Below, piece by piece: positions 27,089 to 37,264 of a stretch of DNA of 64,000 nt. Under the pieces are notes generated by a model that searched no databases, was not told the origin of the DNA, and was given only the letters and a program-made list of their open reading frames with translations. Both the position numbers and the translations under genes were made by a program. The first letter of the stretch is position 1. The number at the start of each line of letters is the position of its first letter. The stretch comes from Candidatus Aminicenantes bacterium (lineage in GTDB: Bacteria > Acidobacteriota > Aminicenantia > Aminicenantales > Aminicenantaceae): the NCBI GenBank assembly GCA_030669305.1, contig DAOVDU010000002.1, positions 318 through 64,317 of the forward strand. Reading direction: 5' to 3'.

Positions 27089-28630
27089 ATGAAGGCAAAA
27101 AAGCTATTTCCAGTTGTTTTGATGTCACTGATAATAGTGGCATTTACAGTTTCTTATATCTCTGCGGATTGTTTTACTATTTTGGTAGGAAAGAAAGCCT
27201 CGGCCGATGGGGCTGTGTTGTTTGGCCATAATGAACAAAATGGAGGCCGCAGGATCATAAATTATCGTTATATACCGAGAATAAAGCATAAACCAGGCGA
27301 TAGATTAACCCTTAAGAATGGCGGCTTTTTACCAGAAGTAGAAGAAACCTATGCAATGTTATGGCAACAGAACCCTGGTGTTGCATTTGGTGACTCATAT
27401 TTCAACGAATGGGGAGTCGTAGTCGCTTCAGATGGCTGTGGAACAAAGGAGAACTCTTTTGAAGAGCTGGTCGAACGAGGAGATATTACAGATGAAGGTA
27501 TAGGGTATATGCTCAGGCGGCTCGTTGCCCAGAGGGCGAAAACAGCAAGAGAAGGAGTAAGGATTGCCGGCGAGTTGCTCAATCGTTTTGGCTATTCTGC
27601 TTCGGGCAGGTCACTTATAATAGCAGATCCAAATGAAGCCTGGGTTTTGTCCATTGCAAGGGGTAAGCGCTGGATTGCGCAAAGATGTCCGGATGATGAA
27701 GTGGTAATGCTTCCAAACCTGCACATAATCGGTGCCGAGGCTGATTTGAATGATACAGAGAATGTGATAGCCTCACCTGGGCTTGTTGATTATGCCATAA
27801 AAAGAGGCTGGTATGATTCTGCCAGCGGTAAACCATTTAACTTTAGAGAAGCATTCAACAGGCCCCCAAGGAAAGGAAGCTTCATGTATAAATATGGCGC
27901 TGATCCGCGGCAGTGGTATGCTCAATCCATGGTGATCGGCAGGTTCATTGATTTGCCAATTAAAGAACAGCTTCCGTTTTCAGTAAAGCCCGCCCACAAG
28001 ATGACAGTGAATGATGTGGCTAAAATTCTCAGAAGCCATAGTGAAGGAACAGAGTTTGATACCTCAAAGAAATATAGTTTAGGTTCTCCACATAAAATAA
28101 GAGGTATGGCAGCAAATATTTGCAGCTCTGGCACACAGGAGGGGGCTGTATATCAGTTAAGAAGCTGGCTTCCAAAGGAGATAGGGTGTCTCGTATGGCG
28201 AACAACGGCTGCTCCATGTTCAGGTGTCCTTACTCCATGGTATCTGGGGATAACAGAAACGCCCAGGGCTTACTATAAACCAGGGGATATTGAAGGACAG
28301 ATGGATTTGAATCACCACTTCAATTATCCAAAAGAAAGCTTTGAGTTTGATCCAGAATTTGCGTTTGATGTCTTTAATGAGCTGGAGAATATGGCGGATA
28401 TTGATTATAAAAGAGCTATAAAAATTATCCGGGGTGTTTGGGATTCTTTTGAGGAGAAACAGTTCTCTGTGCAAGCGGCTATTGAGGAAGCTGCTTTTAA
28501 ACTGTTCAAAGAGGACAAGGCCCTGGCAAAGAAATTTCTGACAGATTATACGAATAGCCAGGCAATGCTTGCCTTGGATAAGGCTAAAGAACTTGTCAAT
28601 AAGTTAAAGACTCTGTTTTGGGCGAATTGA
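27089..28630 (+). CDS. Peptidase family C69 dipeptidase, second paralogue
   Basis: Signal peptide then SADCFTILVGKKASADGAVLFGHNEQ (Cys nucleophile). Collinear similarity to 9706-11361. Confidence 0.85.
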   Translation: MKAKKLFPVVLMSLIIVAFTVSYISADCFTILVGKKASADGAVLFGHNEQNGGRRIINYRYIPRIKHKPGDRLTLKNGGFLPEVEETYAMLWQQNPGVAFGDSYFNEWGVVVASDGCGTKENSFEELVERGDITDEGIGYMLRRLVAQRAKTAREGVRIAGELLNRFGYSASGRSLIIADPNEAWVLSIARGKRWIAQRCPDDEVVMLPNLHIIGAEADLNDTENVIASPGLVDYAIKRGWYDSASGKPFNFREAFNRPPRKGSFMYKYGADPRQWYAQSMVIGRFIDLPIKEQLPFSVKPAHKMTVNDVAKILRSHSEGTEFDTSKKYSLGSPHKIRGMAANICSSGTQEGAVYQLRSWLPKEIGCLVWRTTAAPCSGVLTPWYLGITETPRAYYKPGDIEGQMDLNHHFNYPKESFEFDPEFAFDVFNELENMADIDYKRAIKIIRGVWDSFEEKQFSVQAAIEEAAFKLFKEDKALAKKFLTDYTNSQAMLALDKAKELVNKLKTLFWAN

Positions 28631-28651
28631 TACTCGTTATTGGAGGCAGTC

Positions 28652-30418
28652 ATGTCGTATACAGGAAAGTGGATACATATCGATCTTTCTGCTGGAAAAC
28701 ATGAGGTTGGAGAGACTGATAGGAATCTTTTGGAAAAATATATAGGGGGAAAAGGATTAGGATTTGCATTGCTTGAGAGCATGGCTCCAAATCCAGAGCC
28801 ATTTGGGCCAGAAAACCCTTTGATTTTTGTCAACGGACCTTTCACAGGCACTAGAGTTCAAACAAGTGCCCGAACCTGCCTGGTTACTCGTTCTCCTCTG
28901 ACTGGCTCCATTCTTGATTCACACTGCGGTGGACACATTGGGCCGCGGTTAAAGGCGGCTGGATTCGATTATCTGGTTATCACTGGAAAAGCTGAAAAGC
29001 CTGTTTATATCTATTTGACCGACGAAAATGTAGAAATTAAGGATGCTTCTGATTTCTGGGGAAAGGGCATATTTTACACCCATGATGAATTGCTTAATCG
29101 TCATTCCGGTAGAAATCCAAGAGTGGCTTGTATCGGACCTGCAGGTGAGAATCTTTTAAAAATTGCTTGCATCGGTGTTGATAAATACCGCCAGTATGGT
29201 AGGGGAGGAGTTGGTGCAGTGATGGGTTCGAAAAACTTAAAAGCCATTATCCTTGATGGCAGTGCCCCGGTAAATTATTACGATAAAGAAAAATTTCAGG
29301 ATATAAACAGTAAGCTCACAAAAGATATCCTGAACAATGATGGTATAAAATTCCGCCGCCAAAAAGGAACGATGAAGTGTGTGCGCAGCGGTCAGGAATA
29401 TGAATTTCTCCCAACGAGAAACTTCCAAAAAGTCCAGTTTGATGACTTTGAAAGAATTTCATCCGAAACCTGCAGGGAGGAATTGAACTGGGTGGATACC
29501 GGGTGTTTTAATTGTGCAATTCAATGTTCAAAGATTGCAAAATGGAATGGACATGAAGTTGAAGGGCCTGAATATGAGACGGCTGCGTTTCTTGGCTCAG
29601 GATGCGAGATATCAGATTGTAAGGATTTAACTTGGGCAAACGAGATCTGCGATGATTTGGGTATTGATACAATCAGTGCTGGTGTAACTTGCTCCTTTGC
29701 GATGGAGTGTTTTGAGAAAGGTTTAATCAATGACTGGGGTGATTTGAAATTAGAATGGGGAAATGCTGCTGCTCAAAGAGAATTTTTAAAGCTTATGGTT
29801 CGCAGAGAGGGAATTGGTGATATATTTTCCAATGGAACAAGAATTGCTTCTCAACGGATTGGGAAGGGAAGTGAGGAATTCGCGATAAATATTTTTGGGA
29901 TGGAGATATCCGGTGTTAATCCGAAGGGCAGCCTTACAATGGGAGTCGTTCTGTCAGTCGCAGATTTTGCCAGCCATACACGGCTTTGGTGTACAGAGAC
30001 TGAGATGGGGACTGATTTCAAAATCGAAGATATTCCACAAACTGCTGCGGATGGATTGGACGAAATTAATACTCGAAATTGCCTTATCATTTGCGATTTT
30101 GTGCCGTATGGACTTGATAGATTAGCACCTATATTAAACGCTGTAACTGGCTTTAATCACACTCCGGAATCATTGAGAGAAATCGGAGCAAGAATAACGA
30201 ATTTGGCCCGCAGATATAACTTACGGAATGGAAGAAAGCATAAGGATGATATTCTACCCGAACGATTCTTTAAGGAAGAATCTCTTTCAGGTTTTATGAG
30301 AGGGAAGAAGCTTGATAAAGAATTTTTTAGGTCAATCATACAGAAATACTATGTTGTCCGCGGATGGAACGAAAAAGGTGAGCCGACAGAAGAAGTATTA
30401 AAAAAATATGGGCTTTAA
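28652..30418 (+). CDS. Aldehyde:ferredoxin oxidoreductase family (tungstopterin enzyme)
   Basis: N-terminal MSYTGKWIHIDLSAGKHEV...YIGGKGLGFALL is typical of AOR. Cys-rich central region. About 590 aa. Confidence 0.85.
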   Translation: MSYTGKWIHIDLSAGKHEVGETDRNLLEKYIGGKGLGFALLESMAPNPEPFGPENPLIFVNGPFTGTRVQTSARTCLVTRSPLTGSILDSHCGGHIGPRLKAAGFDYLVITGKAEKPVYIYLTDENVEIKDASDFWGKGIFYTHDELLNRHSGRNPRVACIGPAGENLLKIACIGVDKYRQYGRGGVGAVMGSKNLKAIILDGSAPVNYYDKEKFQDINSKLTKDILNNDGIKFRRQKGTMKCVRSGQEYEFLPTRNFQKVQFDDFERISSETCREELNWVDTGCFNCAIQCSKIAKWNGHEVEGPEYETAAFLGSGCEISDCKDLTWANEICDDLGIDTISAGVTCSFAMECFEKGLINDWGDLKLEWGNAAAQREFLKLMVRREGIGDIFSNGTRIASQRIGKGSEEFAINIFGMEISGVNPKGSLTMGVVLSVADFASHTRLWCTETEMGTDFKIEDIPQTAADGLDEINTRNCLIICDFVPYGLDRLAPILNAVTGFNHTPESLREIGARITNLARRYNLRNGRKHKDDILPERFFKEESLSGFMRGKKLDKEFFRSIIQKYYVVRGWNEKGEPTEEVLKKYGL

Positions 30419-30480
30419 AGGAATACTTAAAAGCTCAAAGCTCAAAACTCAAAAAAATAAAATTAGGAGGTCATATAGTT

Positions 30481-33366
30481 ATGAAAGCTCTGAGGATTTT
30501 TGCATTGTGTTTAATCATTTCGGTTTTGATCTTCTCAGTTCCGGGTTTAAACGGGAAGATTAAGAATTCAACAAAGCGTTCTCTTACTCATGAGGATTAT
30601 GACTCCTGGAAATCGATTGTGAGTGCTACAATTTCAGCCAATGGACATTGGGTCCTTTACCTCGAAACACCTCAGGATGGAGAAGCTGATCTTGTAGTGA
30701 AGAACTTGAAGAGTAAAAAGGAGTACCACCATACGATCGGCTACTCGGGCGAAGGCACAGATTCTGAAAGAGCCGCTAAAGCTCAATTCAGCTATGACTC
30801 GACTAACGTTGTATTCTTGATCTCTCCGTCCGAAGCAGAAATTAAAAAAGCCAAGAAGAATAAAAAGGAAAAGTCAGAGGAGAAACTCAAGAAAAAACTG
30901 GGAATCATGGATCTTTCTGATGGCAGTGTAACCATAATCAAGCGGGTGAAAAGCTTTGGGCTTCCCGGAGAGGCGGGAGGATGGGTGGCTTATTTAAAAG
31001 AGGCGCCTCCAAAGTCAGAGAAAAAAGAAGAAGAAAAAGAAAAGAAGGAAGAAGAGAAAGCTGAAGAAGAGAAGAAAGAAGAGGAGAAAGACAAGAAAAA
31101 AAAGGAATACGGAACTCAGATGGTTCTTCAATCCCTTAAAGATCAGGTCGAAACAGAGTTTGAGTCTGTGATGGACTATCGCTTTACTAAGAACGGGAAA
31201 TTCCTTCTTTACATCGTCTTTAGTAAAGAGAAACCGGAAACAGATGGTGTTTATAGCCTTTGTCCTGGAAAAGGCCCCAGTACGGCTCTATTGACTGGAA
31301 AAGGCAACTATAAAAAGTGGGCAATGGACAAGGAAGAAACCATCCTGGCTTTTCTTACTGACAAAGATGACCAGGATGCTGATGAGCCTACCTTTAATTT
31401 ATACGGTTGGAAGGCAGGGGGCCAGGAGTCTTCCTTATGGGTCTCTCATACTTCCTTTCCTGGCTTTCCAGAGGGAATGGCTGTCAGTGACAAATCTGAT
31501 ATTTCTTTCAGCGAGGATGGCCGAGTTGTGATGTTCGGAATCAAAGAAATTCCTGAACCCAAAAAAAAGCACGATGAAGAAAAAGAAGATGATAAAGAAG
31601 AGGAAGAAGAAGCCAAGTTTGACCTTTGGCATTGGAACGACCCTTACCCCCAACCTCAACAGAAAAAGATGGCTGAAAGAGTGCGAAATAATACCTGGGA
31701 GTCGGTTTATTATCCTGACAGCAAGAGTTTTGTAAAGCTTGCTGATAAGGATATTCCTGATGTTCAGCTATCTAGGAATGGGAAAGTAGCTTTTGCTCAA
31801 AGCATTCTGCCTTATACAAAGCTCGTCTCATATGACAGCACTTATCAGGATGTCTATGTTATCGATCCGAAGAGCGGTGAGCGGGCTCTTGTGAAAAAAC
31901 AACTCTATGGAAGAGCAAGACTTTCGCCAAATGGAAAGTATGTCTGCTGGTTTCAGGAGAAAGACTGGTATGTTTACAATATTGCTGCAAAAACCACGGA
32001 GAATATCACAGCTTTGATGGATGTTCGATTTGAACGGGAAGACTGGGACACTCCGAATCCACCTTATGGTTACGGGATTGCAGGCTGGACCGATGACGAT
32101 GCATCGATTCTGGTCTATGACCGATACGATATCTGGGAGATTAAGCCTGACGGCTCAAATGCCTGTATGATTACAGAAGGATTTGGGCGCAAGAATGATC
32201 TTTCATTTCGGTACATAAAATTGGACCCGGAAGAAATTACAATTGACCCCAAAAAGACAATGCTGCTTCGTGCGACAAACGAGGAAACAATGGCCCAGGG
32301 GTTTTTCCAGGACCGTGTAAACGGTACGAAACTTCCAAAGAAACTAATCATGGCTAACAAGGGATTCATGTCGCTGAGGAAAGCAAAAAAGGCCGACAGG
32401 ATTTTGTTTGCACGTTATTCGTTTGATGAATATCCTGACTTGTGGGTGAGTGATGTTGATTTTAAGAACCCGGACAAGATAACTAATCTTGGTTCACAGA
32501 TGAATCCTTTCATCTGGGGAAAAGCTGAGCTTTGTTCTTTCTACAGCGCTGATGGAAAAGCATTAAAAGGCATCCTGATAAAACCGGAAAACTTTGATCC
32601 CAATAAGAAATATCCTTTGATGGTTTACATTTACGAGACCCTCCATCAAAGGCTGAACTCCTTCCGTCATCCCTCTCCTGGTTCATCTGTAAATCCCTCG
32701 TATTATGTCAGCAACAGCTATGTGATGTGGATGCCTGATATTGAATATGATACTGGCTATCCAGGGAAAGATGCTCTTAAATGTGTCTTGCCAGGTATTC
32801 ATATGCTGGTCAGGGAAGGATTTATCGATCCTGAAGCAATCGGGATACAGGGCCATTCCTGGGGTGGCTACCAGATAGCATACATGATTACTCAAACCAA
32901 CATATTTGCTGCTGTTGAGGCAGGAGCACCTGTTTCCAATATGACCAGTGCCTATGGAGGAATCCGGTGGGGGAGTGGTATGGTTCGGCAATTCCAGTAT
33001 GAGCGGACACAGAGTCGCTTAGGAGCAAGCCTTTGGGAAGTGCCGATGCGTTATATCGAGAACTCGCCGATTTTCTGGGCAGACAAGGTCCAGACGCCAA
33101 TCCTGATGATGCATAATGATGAGGATGGAGCTGTGCCTTGGTATCAAGGAATTGAGTACATCATGGCTCTAAGGCGCCACAGGAAGGAAGCCTATATGTT
33201 CAACTACAACGGAGAAGCCCATGGTTTGCGTAAGAGAGTTAACCAGAAAGACTGGACAAGACGTATGGCAGAATTTTTCGACCATCACCTGAAAGGAGCT
33301 CCAGCTCCAGATTGGATGACCAATGGAATAAAGGCCTGGGAGAAAAAGGAAGAAGAAAAGAAGTGA
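30481..33366 (+). CDS. Large S9-family serine peptidase with long N-terminal beta-propeller region and K/E-rich inserts
   Basis: GHSWGGYQ nucleophile motif with D and H downstream. 961 aa. Signal peptide. Confidence 0.8.
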   Translation: MKALRIFALCLIISVLIFSVPGLNGKIKNSTKRSLTHEDYDSWKSIVSATISANGHWVLYLETPQDGEADLVVKNLKSKKEYHHTIGYSGEGTDSERAAKAQFSYDSTNVVFLISPSEAEIKKAKKNKKEKSEEKLKKKLGIMDLSDGSVTIIKRVKSFGLPGEAGGWVAYLKEAPPKSEKKEEEKEKKEEEKAEEEKKEEEKDKKKKEYGTQMVLQSLKDQVETEFESVMDYRFTKNGKFLLYIVFSKEKPETDGVYSLCPGKGPSTALLTGKGNYKKWAMDKEETILAFLTDKDDQDADEPTFNLYGWKAGGQESSLWVSHTSFPGFPEGMAVSDKSDISFSEDGRVVMFGIKEIPEPKKKHDEEKEDDKEEEEEAKFDLWHWNDPYPQPQQKKMAERVRNNTWESVYYPDSKSFVKLADKDIPDVQLSRNGKVAFAQSILPYTKLVSYDSTYQDVYVIDPKSGERALVKKQLYGRARLSPNGKYVCWFQEKDWYVYNIAAKTTENITALMDVRFEREDWDTPNPPYGYGIAGWTDDDASILVYDRYDIWEIKPDGSNACMITEGFGRKNDLSFRYIKLDPEEITIDPKKTMLLRATNEETMAQGFFQDRVNGTKLPKKLIMANKGFMSLRKAKKADRILFARYSFDEYPDLWVSDVDFKNPDKITNLGSQMNPFIWGKAELCSFYSADGKALKGILIKPENFDPNKKYPLMVYIYETLHQRLNSFRHPSPGSSVNPSYYVSNSYVMWMPDIEYDTGYPGKDALKCVLPGIHMLVREGFIDPEAIGIQGHSWGGYQIAYMITQTNIFAAVEAGAPVSNMTSAYGGIRWGSGMVRQFQYERTQSRLGASLWEVPMRYIENSPIFWADKVQTPILMMHNDEDGAVPWYQGIEYIMALRRHRKEAYMFNYNGEAHGLRKRVNQKDWTRRMAEFFDHHLKGAPAPDWMTNGIKAWEKKEEEKK

Positions 33367-33400
33367 TAGGGGTTTTATCTGGAAAAAGTAAATGGACTTG

Positions 33401-34087
33401 CTAATCAAAGAATTTATACTTGAATATATGGAATATGGCAGAGACCCCGTCTTTCCAGCGTATTTTCTTTCCTTCGCTGTAGTCTCTTCCTGAATAAGAA
33501 ATAGGGACTTCATAAATCCTGCACTTTAATTTAGCAAGTTTGATTGTAATTTCTGGTTCAAAACCGAATCTTTTCGATTTAAGAGTGATTTTATCCAGTA
33601 TTTCCTTTTTGAAGACTTTATAGCAAGTTTCAATATCTGTTAGGTTCAGGTTAGATGTCATATTGGTAAGTGTTGTCAGAATTTTATTGCCCACATAGTG
33701 CCAGAAGAAAAGAACAGGATGTGGGCCACAGAGAAAACGGGAGCCGTAGACAGCATCTGCACGGCCATCCAGGATTGGCTCCAGAAGTCTGGGGTATTCT
33801 CTCGGGTTATATTCTAAATCGGCATCTTGGATGAGGATAATATCCCCTTCTACATTTGAGAATCCTGTCTGAAGAGCTGCTCCCTTTCCTTGGTTTTTTG
33901 AGTGGAAATAGACTTTTATGTTGTTTTGAGCAATTTTTTCTAGAATCTCACGGGTTCCATCATTAGAACAATCGTCAACCAAAATAATTTCTTTTTTTAT
34001 ACCTACATCTACTGACTGAATGCGAGAAATTATTTCTTCTATTGTGTTTTTTTCATTAAATACAGGCATGACAATTGAAAGTTTCAT
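33401..34087 (-). CDS. Family 2 glycosyltransferase (polyprenyl-phosphate sugar transferase-like)
   Basis: IVMPVFNE...DDCSNDGT...DADL GT2 motifs. 228 aa. Confidence 0.8.
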   Translation of the reverse strand: MKLSIVMPVFNEKNTIEEIISRIQSVDVGIKKEIILVDDCSNDGTREILEKIAQNNIKVYFHSKNQGKGAALQTGFSNVEGDIILIQDADLEYNPREYPRLLEPILDGRADAVYGSRFLCGPHPVLFFWHYVGNKILTTLTNMTSNLNLTDIETCYKVFKKEILDKITLKSKRFGFEPEITIKLAKLKCRIYEVPISYSGRDYSEGKKIRWKDGVSAIFHIFKYKFFD

Positions 34088-34365
34088 CGAATTTGATTAT
34101 CCTCTATAAAAATCCAATTATTCTCTGAAGTAAGCAATGGTTTTCCTTGATCAGACGAAACTATAAACTGAAATAACAGTAACAAAATCAGGAAATGAAA
34201 TCAAGGTCACTTTGGTTCTATTCTTATACTTGCTATGATTTTAGGGGTTTTTAAATTTTCCCATTAATAATTTTCTTATATACAATAATAAATTATTTAT
34301 TATCAATAATTATATATTGAATAACATTATAATATTACCATTTTCCATTAACCATTAACTATTTT

Positions 34366-35244
34366 CTAAGCAATGATTTGTGCCATACGCTTGATATAGT
34401 CCGGATTTGTCCCGCAGCATCCACCGATGATGTTAGCACCGTTTTTTATCATTTCAGGAATAAAACTAACATAATCATCAACATTCTGAGAATATGTCAC
34501 GTTGCCATCGGATAAAAGCACAGGCTGTCCTGCATTTGCTTGGGCAATGAGGGGTAGGGCAGTGGTATCTCTCATAATTTTAATCAAATCGACCATATCT
34601 TTGCTATCAAGCGTGCAGTTTGTTCCAACGGCAGGTACGTCTTTGGCTTCTAACTCTTCTATACATTGAGAAGCACTGTTTCCCATGAATGTAAAGAAGC
34701 CTCTTGGATTTCGGTTAAAAGTCATTGTGACAAAAACAGGTAAATTGGAAGATCTTCTAGCTGCCCTCAATGCACATAAAGCTTCTTTTAAGTCATACTG
34801 GGTCTCGATTAACAGAAAATCCACTCTTCCTTCTGTTAAGGCCTTGGCTTGTGTGGAATAGGCATCTTCAAACTCTTCTTCAGTGAATTCGCCTTGTGGT
34901 TTGAGGAATTTACCTGTAGGCCCCATGCTTCCTGCTACAAATTTGCCTGAAGGTTTTACTTCATTTGCAAGTGATGCAGCAGCATAATTTAATTCGTAGC
35001 ATTTTTCTTCCAAGCCGTGCGAGGCAAGTTTGATTTCACTTCCTCCAAAACTGTTTGTTAAAACCACATCAGAACCAGCATCATAATAGTTCTGATGAAT
35101 TTTTTTCACTATTTCTGATTTTTCTACATTCCATGATTCGGGACACTCTCCTTGGGATAAGCCGTGTCTTATAAGCTCTGTTCCCATGCCTCCATCAAGA
35201 AGAACAACTCTATTTTTTACTAATTCGAGAAAAGAGACTGTCAT
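34366..35244 (-). CDS. Homocysteine S-methyltransferase domain protein (MmuM/MetH-N-like)
   Basis: VVLLDGGMGTEL N-terminus and GGCCGTNP zinc-binding C-terminus. 292 aa. Confidence 0.75.
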   Translation of the reverse strand: MTVSFLELVKNRVVLLDGGMGTELIRHGLSQGECPESWNVEKSEIVKKIHQNYYDAGSDVVLTNSFGGSEIKLASHGLEEKCYELNYAAASLANEVKPSGKFVAGSMGPTGKFLKPQGEFTEEEFEDAYSTQAKALTEGRVDFLLIETQYDLKEALCALRAARRSSNLPVFVTMTFNRNPRGFFTFMGNSASQCIEELEAKDVPAVGTNCTLDSKDMVDLIKIMRDTTALPLIAQANAGQPVLLSDGNVTYSQNVDDYVSFIPEMIKNGANIIGGCCGTNPDYIKRMAQIIA

Positions 35245-35369
35245 TCGATTACTCCTTAAACAGAAGATATTTCACAATAATAGCTTTAGATAGATTGGAT
35301 GTCAAAAAAATAAAACTAAATTTCAAAAAATAAATGAATAGCAATTAGTGAAAAGCTCAAATCTGATTT

Positions 35370-35505
35370 CAGTTAGTCTGTTACTCGGTTAATCAGTTAA
35401 TCAGTTAGTCTGTTAAATATTTTAATTAAAATAACAGACTAACAGACTAACCGATTAACAGTTCGTTTTATCGCATTTTTAACTAGACAAACCAGATAAA
35501 CCAGA
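35370..35505. repeat. Composite inverted array of 8-bp TAAC-core repeats (YNGTTANT x6 / ANTAACNG x4) around a palindromic centre, followed by the caaaccagataaaccaga motif
   Basis: cagttagt ctgttact cggttaat cagttaat cagttagt ctgttaaa tattttaattaaaa taacagac taacagac taaccgat taacag. Member of a family also at 57262-57532, 63148-63276 and 49921-49965. Confidence 0.8.
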
Positions 35506-35634
35506 AAGACCTGATGATTAGAATATTTTTATTTTGAGAATTTGGACTATATCATTGACTAAATAACATTTAACCATACAATGTGATATAGAAAAAGTTT
35601 ACAAATGTAAATAAGTTCAGTTAAGGAGACAATC

Positions 35635-36405
35635 ATGCGTGGATTGAAAGACAAAAGAGTTCTCATTACCGGGGGAGCAAGAGGAATCGGGGAGGCTATA
35701 GCGGCTCGTTTTCTGGAAGAAGGATCGTGCGTGGTGATCCTGGATAAAGATGAAGCAGGATGTCGCGATATTAAACAAAAGATACCAGCTTTAACAGGGA
35801 CATTAGTTGCCGATGTCTCTAATCCTATAGAGGTTGAACAAGCTTTTATTGAAATGGACCAGATGATGAATGGATTAGATATACTTATCAATAATGCAGG
35901 GATCAGCATGCGAAAGCCATTTTTAGAGATTGACCCTAAAGAGTGGAGCGAAGTTATCCAGGTGAATCTTAACGGCTTGTTCTTTATTGCACAGAAGGCG
36001 GCCCGGATCATGCTGATTGGGGAGGGGGGAGTCATTCTAAATATGGGCTCAACAAATGGCTTAATGGGTTATCCGTTCTATGCGGCTTATAATGCATCGA
36101 AAGCCGGTGTCATAGAGTTGACAAGGTCAATGGCACTGGAGTTAGCTCCAAGCGTACGTGTAAATGTTATATGTCCTGGTTACATCTTGACACAGATGCA
36201 GAAAGCGGAATACACTTCTGAAATGCTGCGAGATTGTGAAAAAAGAGTGCCTCTCGGAAGACTTGGTAAACCAGAAGAAGTTGCTGCCCTTTTTGTTTTT
36301 CTGGCTTCCGATGATGCAGAATTTATCACCGGGCAATATTTTGTGATTGATGGAGGAGAGATTGCAGGAGGACTGGCAAGCCAAAGTCCAACAAAAAAAC
36401 TGTAA
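35635..36405 (+). CDS. SDR-family oxidoreductase (FabG-like)
   Basis: TGGARGIGEAIA Rossmann motif, NNAG, and the YAAYNASK catalytic Tyr-x3-Lys. Confidence 0.85.
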   Translation: MRGLKDKRVLITGGARGIGEAIAARFLEEGSCVVILDKDEAGCRDIKQKIPALTGTLVADVSNPIEVEQAFIEMDQMMNGLDILINNAGISMRKPFLEIDPKEWSEVIQVNLNGLFFIAQKAARIMLIGEGGVILNMGSTNGLMGYPFYAAYNASKAGVIELTRSMALELAPSVRVNVICPGYILTQMQKAEYTSEMLRDCEKRVPLGRLGKPEEVAALFVFLASDDAEFITGQYFVIDGGEIAGGLASQSPTKKL

Positions 36406-36499
36406 AATGTCGGCATGCCGACATTCAGAGAATTATTTTCTTGATATTTTATTTTTTTTCATATATTTTACATGTGGACATAAATGTTGGAGGAGATGT

Positions 36500-37264
36500 T
36501 TGATCATTGCAATTGCTAACCAGAAAGGTGGAGTAGGTAAAACAACTACTGCTTTAAACGTATCGGCTGCGCTTGCATTTATGGGAAAAAATACTCTTTT
36601 AGTTGATACGGATCCACAAGGACACAGCACTGTATCTTGTGTGAATGATCCTCATAGGTATGGAAAATCTCTCTATAATGTGATGGTTAACAGGCAGGAA
36701 AAGATAGAAAATATTATAGTAAAATCAACGATTCCAGGTCTAGATGTAGCCATATCAAAAATATCTATGGCTAAATTAGAGCCTTCTTTGCTTGGGGAAA
36801 TTGATGGACACTTTAGGCTTAAAGATGTGCTAGAGAATGTTAAAAAGAAATATAAATTCATTATTATAGATACACCTCCTACTTTAGGGCTGCTAACACT
36901 TAATGCATTAGTAGCTGCAGACGCAATAATAATACCGATTCAGTCATCATACCTCTGTTTAGAGGGAACAGACGACCTTCTGGAGACAATAGATAAAGTA
37001 AAGAGGGTAACAAATACTAATTTGAGGATTATTGGAGTACTAATAACTCTTCATGATAAAAGAACAAATATATCAAAGGATGTGGTAAAAAGAATAAAAA
37101 AGGTATTCGGAAAAAAAGTTTTTAATACATATATATCAAGAAGTGTAAAATTAGAGGAAAGTCCTGCATATAAGGAGTCAATTTTTACATATGCTCCTTA
37201 TTCTGTAGGGGTATTGCAATACAAAAAAGTTGTAGAGGAGATAATAAGACGTGCAAAGAACTAG
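36500..37264 (+). CDS. parA: ParA/Soj-family partition ATPase
   Basis: Deviant Walker A IANQKGGVGKTTT. The ORF track extends to 36347 over the SDR gene. The probable start is TTG at 36500, 7 nt after GGAGGAG. Confidence 0.75.
   Translation: MIIAIANQKGGVGKTTTALNVSAALAFMGKNTLLVDTDPQGHSTVSCVNDPHRYGKSLYNVMVNRQEKIENIIVKSTIPGLDVAISKISMAKLEPSLLGEIDGHFRLKDVLENVKKKYKFIIIDTPPTLGLLTLNALVAADAIIIPIQSSYLCLEGTDDLLETIDKVKRVTNTNLRIIGVLITLHDKRTNISKDVVKRIKKVFGKKVFNTYISRSVKLEESPAYKESIFTYAPYSVGVLQYKKVVEEIIRRAKN

Noticed and set aside
35559-36035. 158-aa minus-strand ORF overlapping the SDR gene
   Set aside because: Antisense to the SDR CDS, which has clear Rossmann and YxxxK motifs. No motif of its own.
36347-36499. 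N-terminal 51 codons of the annotated ParA ORF (MMEERLQ...), which overlap the SDR gene
   Set aside because: The overlap with the SDR reading frame is implausible. A TTG start at 36500 with an upstream GGAGGAG RBS gives a standard-length ParA.
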